Source: a virus (lineage: Duplodnaviria; Caudoviricetes). Taken from it: DNA of 64,000 nt. The position numbers and the translations under genes are program-made. This document shows positions 37,143 to 46,490 of the stretch, one piece after another (the stretch's first letter is position 1; every line of letters starts with the position of its first letter). A model generated the notes under the pieces. It saw only the letters and a program-made list of their open reading frames with translations. It was not told the DNA's origin and did no database searches. The stretch lies in the IMG/VR virus record IMGVR_UViG_3300033066_001396, positions 32,001-96,000 of that record; one strand, given 5' to 3'.

Positions 37143-37499
37143 ATGAATCTTATGATATCTTACAAAGGAAACGAAGAAAAACTCCAGGAACTAAATCCGT
37201 TTTATCGATGGAAAAACCTGGACAGGAAACTGCAGTTTTCCAAAGAAACAAAGGCCTTCACCTACCAGAGAATGTATAAGCTCATACCATTCGAACGCAT
37301 GGGTTACGGCGACTCAGTTTTTGTTCGACTATCTCTTATATACTGGCACAAGATAAAGAGAGAGGCCAGGCGCGATCCTAGGATAAAGATCATGTATGAC
37401 AATACCGACAAAAGAAATGGCGGTGTTAGGATCTGGAATATGGTTGTGCCGACTCCCAAGCTAAAAAGACCTATAAGAGTATATAAAATAGCGGCGTAA
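37143..37499 (+). CDS. putative DNA-binding protein (start revised)
   Basis: IPFERMGYGDSVFV...GGVRIW; TATATTTG at 37123-37130. Confidence 0.6.
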   Translation: MNLMISYKGNEEKLQELNPFYRWKNLDRKLQFSKETKAFTYQRMYKLIPFERMGYGDSVFVRLSLIYWHKIKREARRDPRIKIMYDNTDKRNGGVRIWNMVVPTPKLKRPIRVYKIAA

Positions 37500-37521
37500 G
37501 TAAAAAAAAATAAAAAAAAAT

Positions 37522-37824
37522 ATGGGTTATTACGGAAGATATGATGGGCCCGACGAGCCTAAACACTTAACAATAACGGATCTGCTTTATGGCAAATTAG
37601 TGTCCATCGATACAGACGTCATGGTTAAGGTTAATCTTGAAATACAAAGAGTTGAAGAGGTGGAGCACTCAGAACAATTAGAGAAAGGAACACCAGAAAA
37701 CGACTGGTGGCCTAAAACCAAGGACTGGACCACTTTTGATGTAACTTTTACAAATGGATTTAAAAAATCATATCCTAGCATATCTGAATTGCTTAAACAA
37801 ATAAAAGTGGGGTTGATTCCTTAA
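37522..37824 (+). CDS. hypothetical protein
   Basis: Co-oriented ORF. Confidence 0.6.
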   Translation: MGYYGRYDGPDEPKHLTITDLLYGKLVSIDTDVMVKVNLEIQRVEEVEHSEQLEKGTPENDWWPKTKDWTTFDVTFTNGFKKSYPSISELLKQIKVGLIP

Positions 37825-37959
37825 AAGGAAATAAAAATGGCGTTTTGATGGCATAAATAAAGTTCTGGGCTCACTGGCGACGAGTACAAGCTATGCCTAA
37901 ACAAACTATCGTGAATTTTATGTCACTTTAAGCCGACGTACAGAATGTGTGAAAGCAGC

Positions 37960-37984
37960 CTGACAGCCGGGAAAGACCGGCATT
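37960..37984 (+). repeat. CTGACA-GCCNG-GAAAGA-CNGGC hairpin, copy 2
   Basis: See 26258-26282. Confidence 0.75.
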
Positions 37985-38014
37985 CTTTAAATCACAAAAA
38001 AATGAAAAAATTTC

Positions 38015-38713
38015 ATGATAATTATCAAGCCGTCAATAACCGAACAAAGGGTTTTTAAGCATTGGGCAGCTCACGATACCAACAATAATTTAGCCATTAG
38101 GGAGTCTCTGTCCAAATTAGGGGTTCAATGGAGTTTGAGAAAATTGCAGCGAAAGGATTTAGGGCACCTGAACATAATATACGCTCCCGATTGGGCTTTT
38201 AAACATGGCCTGGCAATGGGTAAGGGAACGGTGGTAGATTATAGCCTAAAAAATGTATATAAAAACTATCTTTCTTTCATTCACAAGAAAAAGGACAATC
38301 AAAGAGCCCATGAGATCCTGGTACGCCAGCAGGCAATTTACGATGGCTATTCACCGGGCAGAATAATATTGGTTACCGAAGATAATATAAACTATGTGGC
38401 ATTTGAAGGAAACAGAAGAATGGTCGCTCTTTATGGATTGCGATGCCTGGTTGGAAAAGAAGTATTTGTGGGTTTTCATCCAAATATAACAGAAACTGGG
38501 CTGTATCAAACTGAGCCAAAAGACCTGGGACAGATTTTTCACATGGAGAATTATATCTGGCACAACACATCGTCCGGCCAGTGGGGAGAAGAATACGACT
38601 GGGAATCTCCTTGGAATGCTTTTTTAAATCTGCATGGTGGAGGGAGAGAGGGTTGGACTATTATAAGGTATGCCAACATTATGAATCCTTATAAGTTAGC
38701 CAGCTTTAAATGA
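38015..38713 (+). CDS. ParB/Srx-like domain protein
   Basis: IILV...YVAFEGNRRMVAL resembles the D/E-G-N/H-x-R motif. Confidence 0.5.
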   Translation: MIIIKPSITEQRVFKHWAAHDTNNNLAIRESLSKLGVQWSLRKLQRKDLGHLNIIYAPDWAFKHGLAMGKGTVVDYSLKNVYKNYLSFIHKKKDNQRAHEILVRQQAIYDGYSPGRIILVTEDNINYVAFEGNRRMVALYGLRCLVGKEVFVGFHPNITETGLYQTEPKDLGQIFHMENYIWHNTSSGQWGEEYDWESPWNAFLNLHGGGREGWTIIRYANIMNPYKLASFK

Positions 38714-38811
38714 CCACTTTGGGTATTGATAGCCAGCACATTGTATCATGTTTGCCTCATTACCAAGGGGAACACACTATAATAAATTTTAAAAATCTAA
38801 ATAACAAATAA

Positions 38812-39105
38812 ATGAATCCATTTCAAATCATTTCGTGGTCACAAAACAATCCAGGAGCAGCGACTTTTTTAATGTCAATTATGCAACTTGAAAATGTAAC
38901 AAGTGGAAGTGCTATAATTACAAAACTGGAAGAAGCAAAATCAATTCGTGGCACAAACTTATATGTGCTGTGGTCAGATTTGTGCGGTAGAGATATGACA
39001 AAGGTTGAAACTCTTTGTAAAAATTGCCCAACTGATATTTTAGAGGACGCCTGTAGTCGTCAAGACTATTCTGGCCGTGAATTGGTTTCGGAGTTCCTAA
39101 AGTAA
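38812..39105 (+). CDS. hypothetical protein
   Basis: NPGA...IRGTNLYVLWSDLC, recurrent phage motif. Confidence 0.65.
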   Translation: MNPFQIISWSQNNPGAATFLMSIMQLENVTSGSAIITKLEEAKSIRGTNLYVLWSDLCGRDMTKVETLCKNCPTDILEDACSRQDYSGRELVSEFLK

Positions 39106-39123
39106 AATCTAAATCACAACAAA

Positions 39124-39429
39124 ATGAAAAGTATTAAACTACCTCTTTGGTGCGCAATAGATACCAAAGGGAAGCCGATTGTATCAACTTTTGAGCGTAC
39201 CCGGGGACAGGTGGCTAGAAGACTTCATATGTCTTTAACGGCAAAAAACATTGTCCGAGTATCCGTAGTTATATCCGATTACACAACCAGTAAGGCACGT
39301 ACTGTCAAGCCCAAGGCCGCGTTCAAACTGGACCGGGAAGCACAAAGCCTGTATAACAAGATCATAAAGCTGTTTCCAAAGAGAAAAAAGAGAAAATATA
39401 CCAGGAAAGCAAAACCAGAAACGGCATGA
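39124..39429 (+). CDS. hypothetical basic protein
   Basis: Co-oriented ORF. Confidence 0.6.
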   Translation: MKSIKLPLWCAIDTKGKPIVSTFERTRGQVARRLHMSLTAKNIVRVSVVISDYTTSKARTVKPKAAFKLDREAQSLYNKIIKLFPKRKKRKYTRKAKPETA

Positions 39430-39920
39430 AAGAAGAGGACTTAGTTAAGTTATTTGACTTGGCGGCAGGAGATATTATTTCGGGCCCAGGTATTGGCCGA
39501 GATCAGTTCATTGGATTGATGTACGATATAGGTGTGTTAGATAAACCGGTTGAAACCACATTTGCCTCCGAATGGCTTGCACTCTGGCCAGACAAAAGGG
39601 AACTGGAAGCGCATGGGATAAAACGTGATCCTCCGGATATATCAAAGGTAACCACTAAGCTTGTGGCTTTTATTAAGGAGTTTAAGAAAAAGACAAACAT
39701 ACTGGCCCCTCTGCCTAAAAAGAAATCTCTTATATTAGAGTCCACTGAAAGATACATACAGCGATTTAAGCGCGGGGAGGACGACTGGAAGTGGATCTCT
39801 GATCCGTCGAACTTTATATCTCATCCAACCAAAGGCTCAAAACTAGCTGCATATATCATGGAGAGAGCAGAACCAAAATCAGATATTGTCAATAATTCAC
39901 CAGACTATAAATTTGCATAA
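39426..39920 (+). CDS. hypothetical protein
   Basis: ATGA-coupled; F..EW..LWP motif. Confidence 0.6.
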   Translation: MKEEDLVKLFDLAAGDIISGPGIGRDQFIGLMYDIGVLDKPVETTFASEWLALWPDKRELEAHGIKRDPPDISKVTTKLVAFIKEFKKKTNILAPLPKKKSLILESTERYIQRFKRGEDDWKWISDPSNFISHPTKGSKLAAYIMERAEPKSDIVNNSPDYKFA

Positions 39921-39921
39921 A

Positions 39922-40425
39922 ATGACAACAATACTTATATTTCTTACTGCACACTGGATTGCAGATTTTGTACTTCAAAGCCGAAGAGACGCCGAGGCAA
40001 AAAGCCACGATGTTGTTGCTCTAATTAGGCATGTTAGCAGTTACATTATTTTAATGACAACTGTTGCGCTATTTGTATTCAAAAGAGAAGAGGATGTGGT
40101 TTGTTTCTTCCTAATTACCTTTGTGGCTCACTTTATAACTGATTATTTTACAAGTAAAGGAACGGCCTATGCTTACCTTAAAACGCAGGAAGCTTTTGCT
40201 TTTAAAGCAAGTAGTTTTAGTTTAATGCCTGGAGATATTATAACCACAGAAAGTGGTATAAAGATTAGAATTTTGAGAACTACTTACATGAATGGTTATT
40301 ATGATGCCATACTATTGAGAACCTATGACAAATGGAATAAGATCTTTTGGTCAATAATAGGGTTTGATCAGCTATTGCATGTAACGCAAATATTATTAAC
40401 GATACAACTACTACTACTCAAATGA
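39922..40425 (+). CDS. DUF3307-family membrane protein (start revised)
   Basis: AHWIADFVLQ...K...H...HFITDY...IGFDQLLH. Confidence 0.85.
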   Translation: MTTILIFLTAHWIADFVLQSRRDAEAKSHDVVALIRHVSSYIILMTTVALFVFKREEDVVCFFLITFVAHFITDYFTSKGTAYAYLKTQEAFAFKASSFSLMPGDIITTESGIKIRILRTTYMNGYYDAILLRTYDKWNKIFWSIIGFDQLLHVTQILLTIQLLLLK

Positions 40426-40895
40426 CATTATTAACACCAGAAAAAGCCAAGTTGCTTCTTGGTGATCCAAACAAGGCAGAGGCAAAAAATTGCGCTCTGT
40501 GGGCAGCACCAACAAACAAGCGCATAGACAATATCCCCGTTAAAATATATATGAATAAGGCAATGATTCCATATTGGAATACTGCTTATCTGGAAATATA
40601 TGATAAGGGCGTTGGATCTTTGATAAAAACTTGGGATGGGTGTTTTAATATGAGACTTATTTACGGAACCAGACAATGGAGCTTGCATGCGTGGGGATTA
40701 GCGTTTGATATAAACGCACAAACCAATAAACAAGGAACAAAAGGAGATATGCCTAAAATAATTGTCGAAATTTTCAAAGAAAATGGTTTTGATTATGGCG
40801 GAGATTTTAAAGGAGCCAGAATTGATCCTATGCACTGGCAGTTAAAAGAAGAATTTTTAACATATTACATAAATAAAACCCGAACATCAAAATGA
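40422..40895 (+). CDS. M15-family peptidoglycan peptidase (endolysin-like)
   Basis: GCFNMR...SLHAWGLAFDIN...GFDYGGDF...DPMHWQ. Confidence 0.92.
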   Translation: MTLLTPEKAKLLLGDPNKAEAKNCALWAAPTNKRIDNIPVKIYMNKAMIPYWNTAYLEIYDKGVGSLIKTWDGCFNMRLIYGTRQWSLHAWGLAFDINAQTNKQGTKGDMPKIIVEIFKENGFDYGGDFKGARIDPMHWQLKEEFLTYYINKTRTSK

Positions 40896-41680
40896 TGATA
40901 AGACAAAGCAAGAATGTTTTTGGTTTTAATAAAGATGGAACTTTTTTTGGGGGGTGGCCTTCTATAAAAGAATGCGCAAGGAGCCTTAAAAGAGAGCCAT
41001 CTACTGTGCGAGAGGCGATTAACAAAAGAAATTTTTGTAACGGATTGGTGCTTCAGTTTATACCAGAGTTCATGCCTATTGAAAAGCGAATAAGGTGCAG
41101 ATCTGGTGTTCCTCCCAAAAAAAACGCCAAGGTTGTTCCAGACGAAAATACAGTTGTAGTGCCAGATACAAATGGATATTATTATGTCACCAGAGATGGC
41201 AGGATAATTAATATGTATGGTAGAGAATTACAGCAAAAAACTACTCTTTGGTGTGAATACTTAACCGTGAATCTTCAAATAAATAAAAGAAAAACGCACA
41301 GGAGTGTTCATAGAATAGTCGCACAGGCCTTTTTGTCAAATCCAGAAAACAAATCACAAGTCAATCATGACGATGGAAATAAAAAAAATAATAATATAAG
41401 CAACTTGGGGTGGATGACACCAAAAGAAAACATGAAACATGCTATTGATAAGGGTTTGTATAAACGATACAATAATCAAACATACAAGGGTAAATTTGGC
41501 AAGGATCACAATAGGTCATTGGCCGTTATCTGTAAAAACACAGGTAATGTGTACGGAAGCATTTCTGAGGCGTCAAGAGAATTAAAAATTAGTATTTCAA
41601 CAATTCATTATTCGATATCTAAAAAAGTTCCATTAAAAAATGGACTGGAGTTTTCTTATCACCAAAAGTTGATCAAATGA
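40892..41680 (+). CDS. HNH homing endonuclease with NUMOD-type DNA-binding modules
   Basis: VHRIVAQAFLSNPENKSQVNHDDGNKKNNNISNLGW; SIKECAR and YGSISEASREL modules. Confidence 0.92.
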   Translation: MMIRQSKNVFGFNKDGTFFGGWPSIKECARSLKREPSTVREAINKRNFCNGLVLQFIPEFMPIEKRIRCRSGVPPKKNAKVVPDENTVVVPDTNGYYYVTRDGRIINMYGRELQQKTTLWCEYLTVNLQINKRKTHRSVHRIVAQAFLSNPENKSQVNHDDGNKKNNNISNLGWMTPKENMKHAIDKGLYKRYNNQTYKGKFGKDHNRSLAVICKNTGNVYGSISEASRELKISISTIHYSISKKVPLKNGLEFSYHQKLIK

Positions 41681-42039
41681 CAGCAGCATATATTCAAGAG
41701 CGTATAAACTACTTATCCTCATACTTCCAAGAGGACTACCAGGAAGACAATATTGAAATATTGAACGAGCGGTTCAAGAAGACATTGGTGTTCGGAGCCG
41801 AATTGCCGGCACTTTTAAAGACCGCTAGCACGTTAAGGGATCAAAGACTATCTGAATTAGTTGGGGGAGGGCATAAGATGTCTGAAGCTAAGTTGCTGGC
41901 GTATACCGAGGTGAATTTAGTTGAAGAACTTAAGTCATTACGATCAACAATCAACCAGGCCCACCGAACCCTACAGTCTCAGATATCAGTATGGAAAGAG
42001 GACTATAACAGGCATAGATTTGCTGAAAAAGGAGCATAA
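41677..42039 (+). CDS. hypothetical helical protein
   Basis: ATGA-coupled ORF. Confidence 0.6.
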   Translation: MTAAYIQERINYLSSYFQEDYQEDNIEILNERFKKTLVFGAELPALLKTASTLRDQRLSELVGGGHKMSEAKLLAYTEVNLVEELKSLRSTINQAHRTLQSQISVWKEDYNRHRFAEKGA

Positions 42040-42068
42040 TTAGTGTTAGACAACGTAAATTATTAATT

Positions 42069-42410
42069 ATGAGTAAAAAGTTAAAAAACAAAGAAGAAAA
42101 GGCGTTAATCCACCCACAAATGCTGATAAAAGCAATGGATGAATATGCACAAATGGTATTAAAAAACTTGCATAAACCCCCTGTTGTGTTAGCCGAAATT
42201 AAACCTTCTGCGTGGGTCGATGTTGAAAAAAGGTTGCCTGACACATATTGTAGTGTGCTGGTATATGACCCGAACAATCCATTTAATAGTTCAATGGACG
42301 TGGTAAGATATGATGCTTACCAAAAATGCTTTTTCTTTAGTGGTGGAGATACAATACACCCTACTCATTGGCAACCTTTACCCGAAAAGCCGTGCGTGGA
42401 TAAGATTTAA
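42069..42410 (+). CDS. DUF551-like protein
   Basis: WVDVEKRLP....VLV...THWQPLPEKP. Confidence 0.8.
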   Translation: MSKKLKNKEEKALIHPQMLIKAMDEYAQMVLKNLHKPPVVLAEIKPSAWVDVEKRLPDTYCSVLVYDPNNPFNSSMDVVRYDAYQKCFFFSGGDTIHPTHWQPLPEKPCVDKI

Positions 42411-42599
42411 GTAGTTAATAATCCGCAATCAAAAACTTCTGTAATCCTCGCTCCGTTACTGGCGTTGAAGTTGTGCATTCAGACCGCCATATTATAAAGC
42501 ACATGTTATATGAAGGTGGGATTTTCACGCACTACCTCCGATTATAGCACTAAAGAAAAAAGAAAAATGTGCGTGGGAAACAAATTAATTTAATCAAAA

Positions 42600-43145
42600 A
42601 TGGGAACAAGAAATTTAACAATGGTTATCAACCAAGAAGGAGAAAAGAAAGTAGCACAATACGGACAATGGGATGGTTATCCCTCTGGCGTTGGCGTAGG
42701 TGTTATTAAATTCCTTAAAAACAAAGAGGTTTTTGAAAAGTTTAAAGCCAACTTATCTAAAGTAAGATTTTTAGATGAAGAAGGCGTTGACAAGGAATTT
42801 GTTGAAAGCTACAATAAAAACGCACCACAATGGAGTAATGCGCCTGATAACAGAACCGAAGAACAAAAGCGATGGTTTTCTACTTATTGCACTCGTGATT
42901 TAGCAGAAGAAGTTTTAACCAATATTGCAAACTCTACTGATGAAGAAATTGTTTTAATAGATAGAGAAAACACCGCAAAAGGTGATGGGTGGGTAGAATA
43001 TTCTTATGTGATAAACTTAAAAGAAAACACCATTGGAATTTACGGACACATAGACAAAGAACCAATGAAAGTTTACAAACTTGATGAACTACCCGAAGAA
43101 GATGTTTTTGTTTCAGAGATAGAAGGTGTTGAAGAAGAAGATTAA
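42600..43145 (+). CDS. conserved phage protein
   Basis: MGTR...YGQWDGYPSGVG...EYSYVINL. Confidence 0.75.
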   Translation: MGTRNLTMVINQEGEKKVAQYGQWDGYPSGVGVGVIKFLKNKEVFEKFKANLSKVRFLDEEGVDKEFVESYNKNAPQWSNAPDNRTEEQKRWFSTYCTRDLAEEVLTNIANSTDEEIVLIDRENTAKGDGWVEYSYVINLKENTIGIYGHIDKEPMKVYKLDELPEEDVFVSEIEGVEEED

Positions 43146-43161
43146 AAAGAAGCGTGGGCAA

Positions 43162-43392
43162 ATGATTAGATTTCTAAATTTAAAAGACCAAATCTGCGAA
43201 GGACAAAACGACTTTGCATTTTATGATACAGTAAGCGATACTATTTGCTCATTCGGAGAACAGGGAGAACAAATATTTAGTAGTGTTGCAGAATTTCAAT
43301 ACGCTTACGGAAAAGAACAAGAAGGAACAACAAGACCATTAAGCAGATTTGTGTCTTTAATTCCAGAAAATTATTTTGAAAACGAGAAGTAG
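43162..43392 (+). CDS. hypothetical protein (start revised)
   Basis: MIRFLNLKDQI...FAFYDTVSD. Confidence 0.6.
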   Translation: MIRFLNLKDQICEGQNDFAFYDTVSDTICSFGEQGEQIFSSVAEFQYAYGKEQEGTTRPLSRFVSLIPENYFENEK

Positions 43393-43461
43393 TGCTTGCC
43401 TATAACGTATGGTGCTTGCCGAAGGGCGGATTTAGAATTACAAATGTTCAATTACTTACTT

Positions 43462-45297
43462 ATGTCAAATAGAAATACTAATGTTCAGGGCTTGCACGTC
43501 AGCCCGCCTTTTGGCAAACACGTGTTAGGCGAAGATGCTTTTACGGTACTTTCCTTATTCGATGGAATGTCGTGTGGCCAAATGGCTTTAAAACGTGCAG
43601 GGTTTAATATTACCAAGTATTATGCTTGTGAAATTGATAAATATGCTATACAAGTAACTCAAAAAAACTTTCCTAATACGATTCAATTAGGAGATGTTAC
43701 AAAAGTTTCGGCAAAGGATTTATCAAAAGTAAATTTGCTTATTGGTGGTAGCCCGTGCCAGGGATTTAGTTTTGCTGGTAAGCAATTAAATTTTGAAGAC
43801 CCAAGAAGCAAACTGTTTTTTGAGTATGTGAGATTGCTAAATGAAATTAGAGAAATAAATCCTAATGTACTTTTCTTACTTGAAAACGTGGTAATGAAAA
43901 AAGAGTATCAAGATATAATTTCGGAACATTTAGGCGTACAACCTATTTTGATTAATAGTTCACTTGTATCGGCTCAAAATCGCAAACGATTATACTGGAC
44001 TAATATTGGTAAAATTTCACAACCAAAAGACAAAGGTATTACTTGGGGTGATGTAAGAGAACACAATATAGAATGGGGTGCAATGTATTATACCGATAAA
44101 GCAATGGATTGGATAGGGAAACACGGAACAAGAAAAGGAAAGCCTTTGAAAATTCACGCTGATAATGAAAAAATGCAAATGCTTGAAGCAAGTCACCACA
44201 AAAAATATAGTTCACAAAGGTTTTTTGGAATAATAGACCAACCTGCCCAAATAACTGGGCGTAGGCTTAATGAATTTGGCAAAAGAGAAGATTATAACAA
44301 AAATATCAAAACTACTCAATGTTTAGAAGTAAGAGGTGGCGATAAAGTAAATTGCCTTACAACTGTTCAAAAGGATAATGTAATTAGTGTATTACCAATA
44401 GGAAGATACCCTGATGTGTTTAAAGAATTGGAAGAGGGTAAGCATTATAGATACATTACTCCAATTGAATGTGAAAGATTGCAAACTGTACCTGATAATG
44501 AAATTATTTGTATATTTGCATTATGTTTAGACCGAGCAAAGAATTATGTAAATGCGGTAGAGCAAAATCCCAAGTTGCTAAAACTTGCTTTGAGTGCCGA
44601 AAAAACAGAGTTGAACGAGTTTGTAAAACTTGTAATTCAAAATACATTACAAAGCAATCAACAAACAAAGTATATTGCTCAAGTAAATGTAGATATGCAG
44701 ATACAAATGCAAACAAATCAATGCACAGCAAACAATCAGAAAGACAGCAATATAATTGCAAACAATGCGGCAAATATTGCGATGTGCAAAAATCAAAATA
44801 TAGGGGCGGATTTTGTTCATCCAAATGTTTTTATAAATATAACAGAGGGGAGAATAACCCACTTTGGAATGGAGGAATTACACCAGAAAGGCAAACATTC
44901 TACAAATCAATTGAATGGAAACAAGCCGTTGCTCTTGTCTGGGAACGAGATAATGGAACTTGTCAAAGATGTAAATGCCGGAATAACAAGGGAAAAAGAT
45001 ATGAATTTCACATTCACCACATTATCAGTTTTAAACACAAACAGTTTAGAACTGATGTTAGCAACCTACTACTTGTTTGCAAAAAGTGCCATAATTGGAT
45101 TCACTCAAAACACAACAAGTCAAAAGAGTATATCGGTTCAATTCAAAATAAATGATGGATACACAAGCATTGTAAGTAATTCTCAAAGGTACAGAATGCT
45201 TGGTAATGGTTGGACTGTTGATGTCATAAGTCATATTTTTAACCATATCAAAAAAGAAGTTTCAAGTTACGAGGGTGCTTCTTGCATTTTCGCCTAA
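43462..45297 (+). CDS. dcm: C5-cytosine DNA methyltransferase carrying a 220-codon in-frame insertion
   Basis: VLSLFDGMSCG (I), GGSPCQ (IV), LLENV (VI), QNRKRLYW (VIII), CERLQTVPD (IX), RYRMLGNGW (X); start probably ATG 43462 in the hairpin loop. Confidence 0.93.
   Translation: MSNRNTNVQGLHVSPPFGKHVLGEDAFTVLSLFDGMSCGQMALKRAGFNITKYYACEIDKYAIQVTQKNFPNTIQLGDVTKVSAKDLSKVNLLIGGSPCQGFSFAGKQLNFEDPRSKLFFEYVRLLNEIREINPNVLFLLENVVMKKEYQDIISEHLGVQPILINSSLVSAQNRKRLYWTNIGKISQPKDKGITWGDVREHNIEWGAMYYTDKAMDWIGKHGTRKGKPLKIHADNEKMQMLEASHHKKYSSQRFFGIIDQPAQITGRRLNEFGKREDYNKNIKTTQCLEVRGGDKVNCLTTVQKDNVISVLPIGRYPDVFKELEEGKHYRYITPIECERLQTVPDNEIICIFALCLDRAKNYVNAVEQNPKLLKLALSAEKTELNEFVKLVIQNTLQSNQQTKYIAQVNVDMQIQMQTNQCTANNQKDSNIIANNAANIAMCKNQNIGADFVHPNVFINITEGRITHFGMEELHQKGKHSTNQLNGNKPLLLSGNEIMELVKDVNAGITREKDMNFTFTTLSVLNTNSLELMLATYYLFAKSAIIGFTQNTTSQKSISVQFKINDGYTSIVSNSQRYRMLGNGWTVDVISHIFNHIKKEVSSYEGASCIFA
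44511..44518 (+). promoter_or_regulatory. internal Bacteroidota -7 element for the nested HNH
   Basis: TATATTTG 4 nt before ATG 44523. Confidence 0.6.
44523..45155 (+). CDS. zinc-finger HNH endonuclease nested in an alternative frame of the methyltransferase
   Basis: CKTC/YCSSKC repeats, GENNPLWNGG, VWERDNGTCQRC, HIHHIISF...DVSNLLLVCKKCHNWIH. Confidence 0.92.
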   Translation: MFRPSKELCKCGRAKSQVAKTCFECRKNRVERVCKTCNSKYITKQSTNKVYCSSKCRYADTNANKSMHSKQSERQQYNCKQCGKYCDVQKSKYRGGFCSSKCFYKYNRGENNPLWNGGITPERQTFYKSIEWKQAVALVWERDNGTCQRCKCRNNKGKRYEFHIHHIISFKHKQFRTDVSNLLLVCKKCHNWIHSKHNKSKEYIGSIQNK

Positions 45298-45451
45298 CGG
45301 TAGGGCTTTGCGATGTGTGGGCATCGAAGCACAAAAGCTGAATAACCCACAAAAGCATCATAGAAGTACGATGCTGAATATTAGTACTTCTGCCACATAT
45401 AGCAAAACCCCTGTTATATGCTGTGCTTTCTTAGGGGTGTAAAATTTAGAT

Positions 45452-45790
45452 ATGGCAAAAACAGTCAAGTTACAAGAACTAAACAGACAATATGAATTTG
45501 TCTGTAATGAATGGGTAAGAAAATTTTGCAATAAACAGCAAATTGATTTTGATGGTTGGGTAGGTGATGAAGTTGGTGGCATTGCTTCGTTTGCTTGTCA
45601 ATATTTTTTCAATTTGTCTGATATTATTTTAGACTTAAACACAAAGCAACCAAAAGGTAATATTTTAGATTGGCAAAGTGAAGATGTTGATTTTAATATG
45701 TTCAATGAAAAACAACAACATATTAATTACAAATCTTACACAATGGGTTTAAGGCACGAACAATTAAAAAATGTAAGCAATGAAAAGTAG
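45452..45790 (+). CDS. hypothetical cassette protein
   Basis: ORF inside the 45413-46128 cassette. Confidence 0.7.
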   Translation: MAKTVKLQELNRQYEFVCNEWVRKFCNKQQIDFDGWVGDEVGGIASFACQYFFNLSDIILDLNTKQPKGNILDWQSEDVDFNMFNEKQQHINYKSYTMGLRHEQLKNVSNEK

Positions 45791-46103
45791 TTTAAGATTA
45801 CCGATAAGGATAAAAGCAAAACACAAATTAATGAAATGGGATGTTGTATTAAACCCTGTATTCTTTATGTATCATAATGCTTTTGAGGTAAAGGTAATTA
45901 AAGGCAGTTTGTCAAGTAGCATTTTTTGCTGTAAAATATCTGAATTTGAATATAACTGGTATGCTAAATGTCAAATATGGTTTATATGGAAAATATACTG
46001 GTGTCGTAATGTTTTTTGGCGATATGTAAGGTATCAACTTCCTTATAAAATTAGGATGTATTTTAAAACGAAACAAGCTATGTCCGATGACTTGCCATTT
46101 TAG
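45780..46103 (+). CDS. hypothetical cassette protein
   Basis: Second ORF inside the 45413-46128 cassette. Confidence 0.6.
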   Translation: MKSSLRLPIRIKAKHKLMKWDVVLNPVFFMYHNAFEVKVIKGSLSSSIFCCKISEFEYNWYAKCQIWFIWKIYWCRNVFWRYVRYQLPYKIRMYFKTKQAMSDDLPF

Positions 46104-46202
46104 AGTGCTGCACAGCATAGCATATAACGGTAGGGATTTACGCTCGTTATTTTTAGCGGGATTAGAAGCAAAAACTTTAATAAACAACTAAATATAAATA
46201 AA

Positions 46203-46490
46203 ATGAAACAGACATCAAAAAAAGCGAAAATGCCCGCTAAAAATAATGGCGTTAAATCTATTGTTAGCAGCAGTAGCGTGTTCATAAATGACCGTTACTC
46301 TCATTTGAAATTCAAAACAATGGCAACACCAACTCAACTAACTATTGGAATGATGGTGCAGATTTGTGAAAGCAACAAACAACCATTAAGTTGGGAATGG
46401 AATGAGATAACAGTTGAGTTGCTAAATAAATTGTTGGTGATGCCATCCGATAAATACAAATGGATACGGATACCGAGCTATTGCTGCTAA
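46203..46490 (+). CDS. hypothetical cassette protein
   Basis: ATG in hairpin loop; TAA inside the closing GCTAAC box. Confidence 0.65.
   Translation: MKQTSKKAKMPAKNNGVKSIVSSSSVFINDRYSHLKFKTMATPTQLTIGMMVQICESNKQPLSWEWNEITVELLNKLLVMPSDKYKWIRIPSYCC

Larger units (their letters stand above)
44497..45156 (+). mobile_element. 660-bp HNH-carrying insertion inside the methyltransferase
   Basis: Removal restores QTVPD-GYT; TGAT repeated at 44493-44496 and 45153-45156. Confidence 0.8.

Noticed and set aside
37825-37960. Ribozyme or tRNA-like RNA upstream of the second GAAAGA hairpin
   Set aside because: No hammerhead core or cloverleaf could be built by eye; left unassigned pending an Infernal search.
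43396-43461. TTG start for the C5 methyltransferase
   Set aside because: Lies inside the previous cassette's closing box; in-frame ATGs in the loop (43444 or 43462) are more plausible.
44497-45156. Intein or group I intron in the methyltransferase
   Set aside because: No N-terminal Cys/Ser or His-Asn plus Cys/Ser/Thr junction; no register within the TGAT repeat gives both an exon-terminal U and an intron-terminal G; almost no non-ORF sequence for a ribozyme.
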